64,000 bases of DNA from Patellaria atrata CBS 101060 (Eukaryota): contig MU006092.1 of the NCBI GenBank assembly GCA_010093705.1, positions 502,623 through 566,622 of the forward strand, given 5' to 3'. A model generated the notes under the pieces. It was not told the DNA's origin, did not search any database, and was given only the letters and a program-made list of their open reading frames with translations. Positions 63,715-64,000 of this stretch are shown one piece after another. Made by a program: the position numbers and the translations under genes. How positions within the stretch are numbered: the stretch's first letter is position 1; every line of letters starts with the position of its first letter.

Positions 63715-64000
63715 ATGGCCCCAGTTGCTTTCAATGACAGCGGTAGCGTCAATGGTCCTGCAGACCTTGATTTCACCAAATTTTATAATGTTATCAATGG
63801 GAAGTTAACATCAACTAAAGTCACCAGACATGGTGTCAATCCTGCCACACTTAAAGATCTTCCAGAAGTTCCAGTTTCTACACGGGAAGATGTAGATGCT
63901 GCTATGAAGGCTGCGGAAGCGGCTTTTAAGCCCTGGGCAACCACATCCTACGATGAACGGAGAAAACTTGTACTTGCCTTCGGTGACGAGTTTGAGAGAC
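63715..64000 (+). CDS. Aldehyde dehydrogenase, N-terminal part; runs off the window end
   Basis: FYNVINGK...VNPAT...PV...DVDAAMKAAEAAFKPW...ERRKLV. Confidence 0.88.
   Translation, partial: MAPVAFNDSGSVNGPADLDFTKFYNVINGKLTSTKVTRHGVNPATLKDLPEVPVSTREDVDAAMKAAEAAFKPWATTSYDERRKLVLAFGDEFER

Overview
Gene-dense, intron-containing DNA from a filamentous ascomycete (GT-AG introns with CTRAC branch points, fungal housekeeping orthologues); the species cannot be determined from the sequence. About 24 apparently intact genes are present: CRM1 (partial), an APC permease, mitochondrial L3, a secreted GMC oxidoreductase, a secreted beta-propeller, CCP1, MET6, a POF1-like NMNAT, an SDR, RNR1, two SET proteins, a DENN protein, TRAPPC13, a UPF0662 protein, RPP1, an ACO2-type aconitase, ECT1, a kelch membrane protein, a lipoate ligase, a bZIP, an ALDH (partial) and hypotheticals. 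There is one 285-nt N gap. I found no intact transposon, rRNA, CRISPR array or clearly intact tRNA, and no demonstrably new multi-gene system. Best leads: (1) repeated C-rich then G-rich strand switches at convergent gene ends; (2) a bZIP gene whose 5' end resembles uORF/non-AUG control, or is frameshifted; (3) a candidate poison micro-exon in a permease intron; (4) two decayed, inverted paralogues of an unknown secreted protein 28 kb apart; (5) a P450 killed only by transition mutations; (6) two tRNA-like/Pol III-like relics. Exon boundaries were read by eye and family calls come from motif recognition, not database searches.
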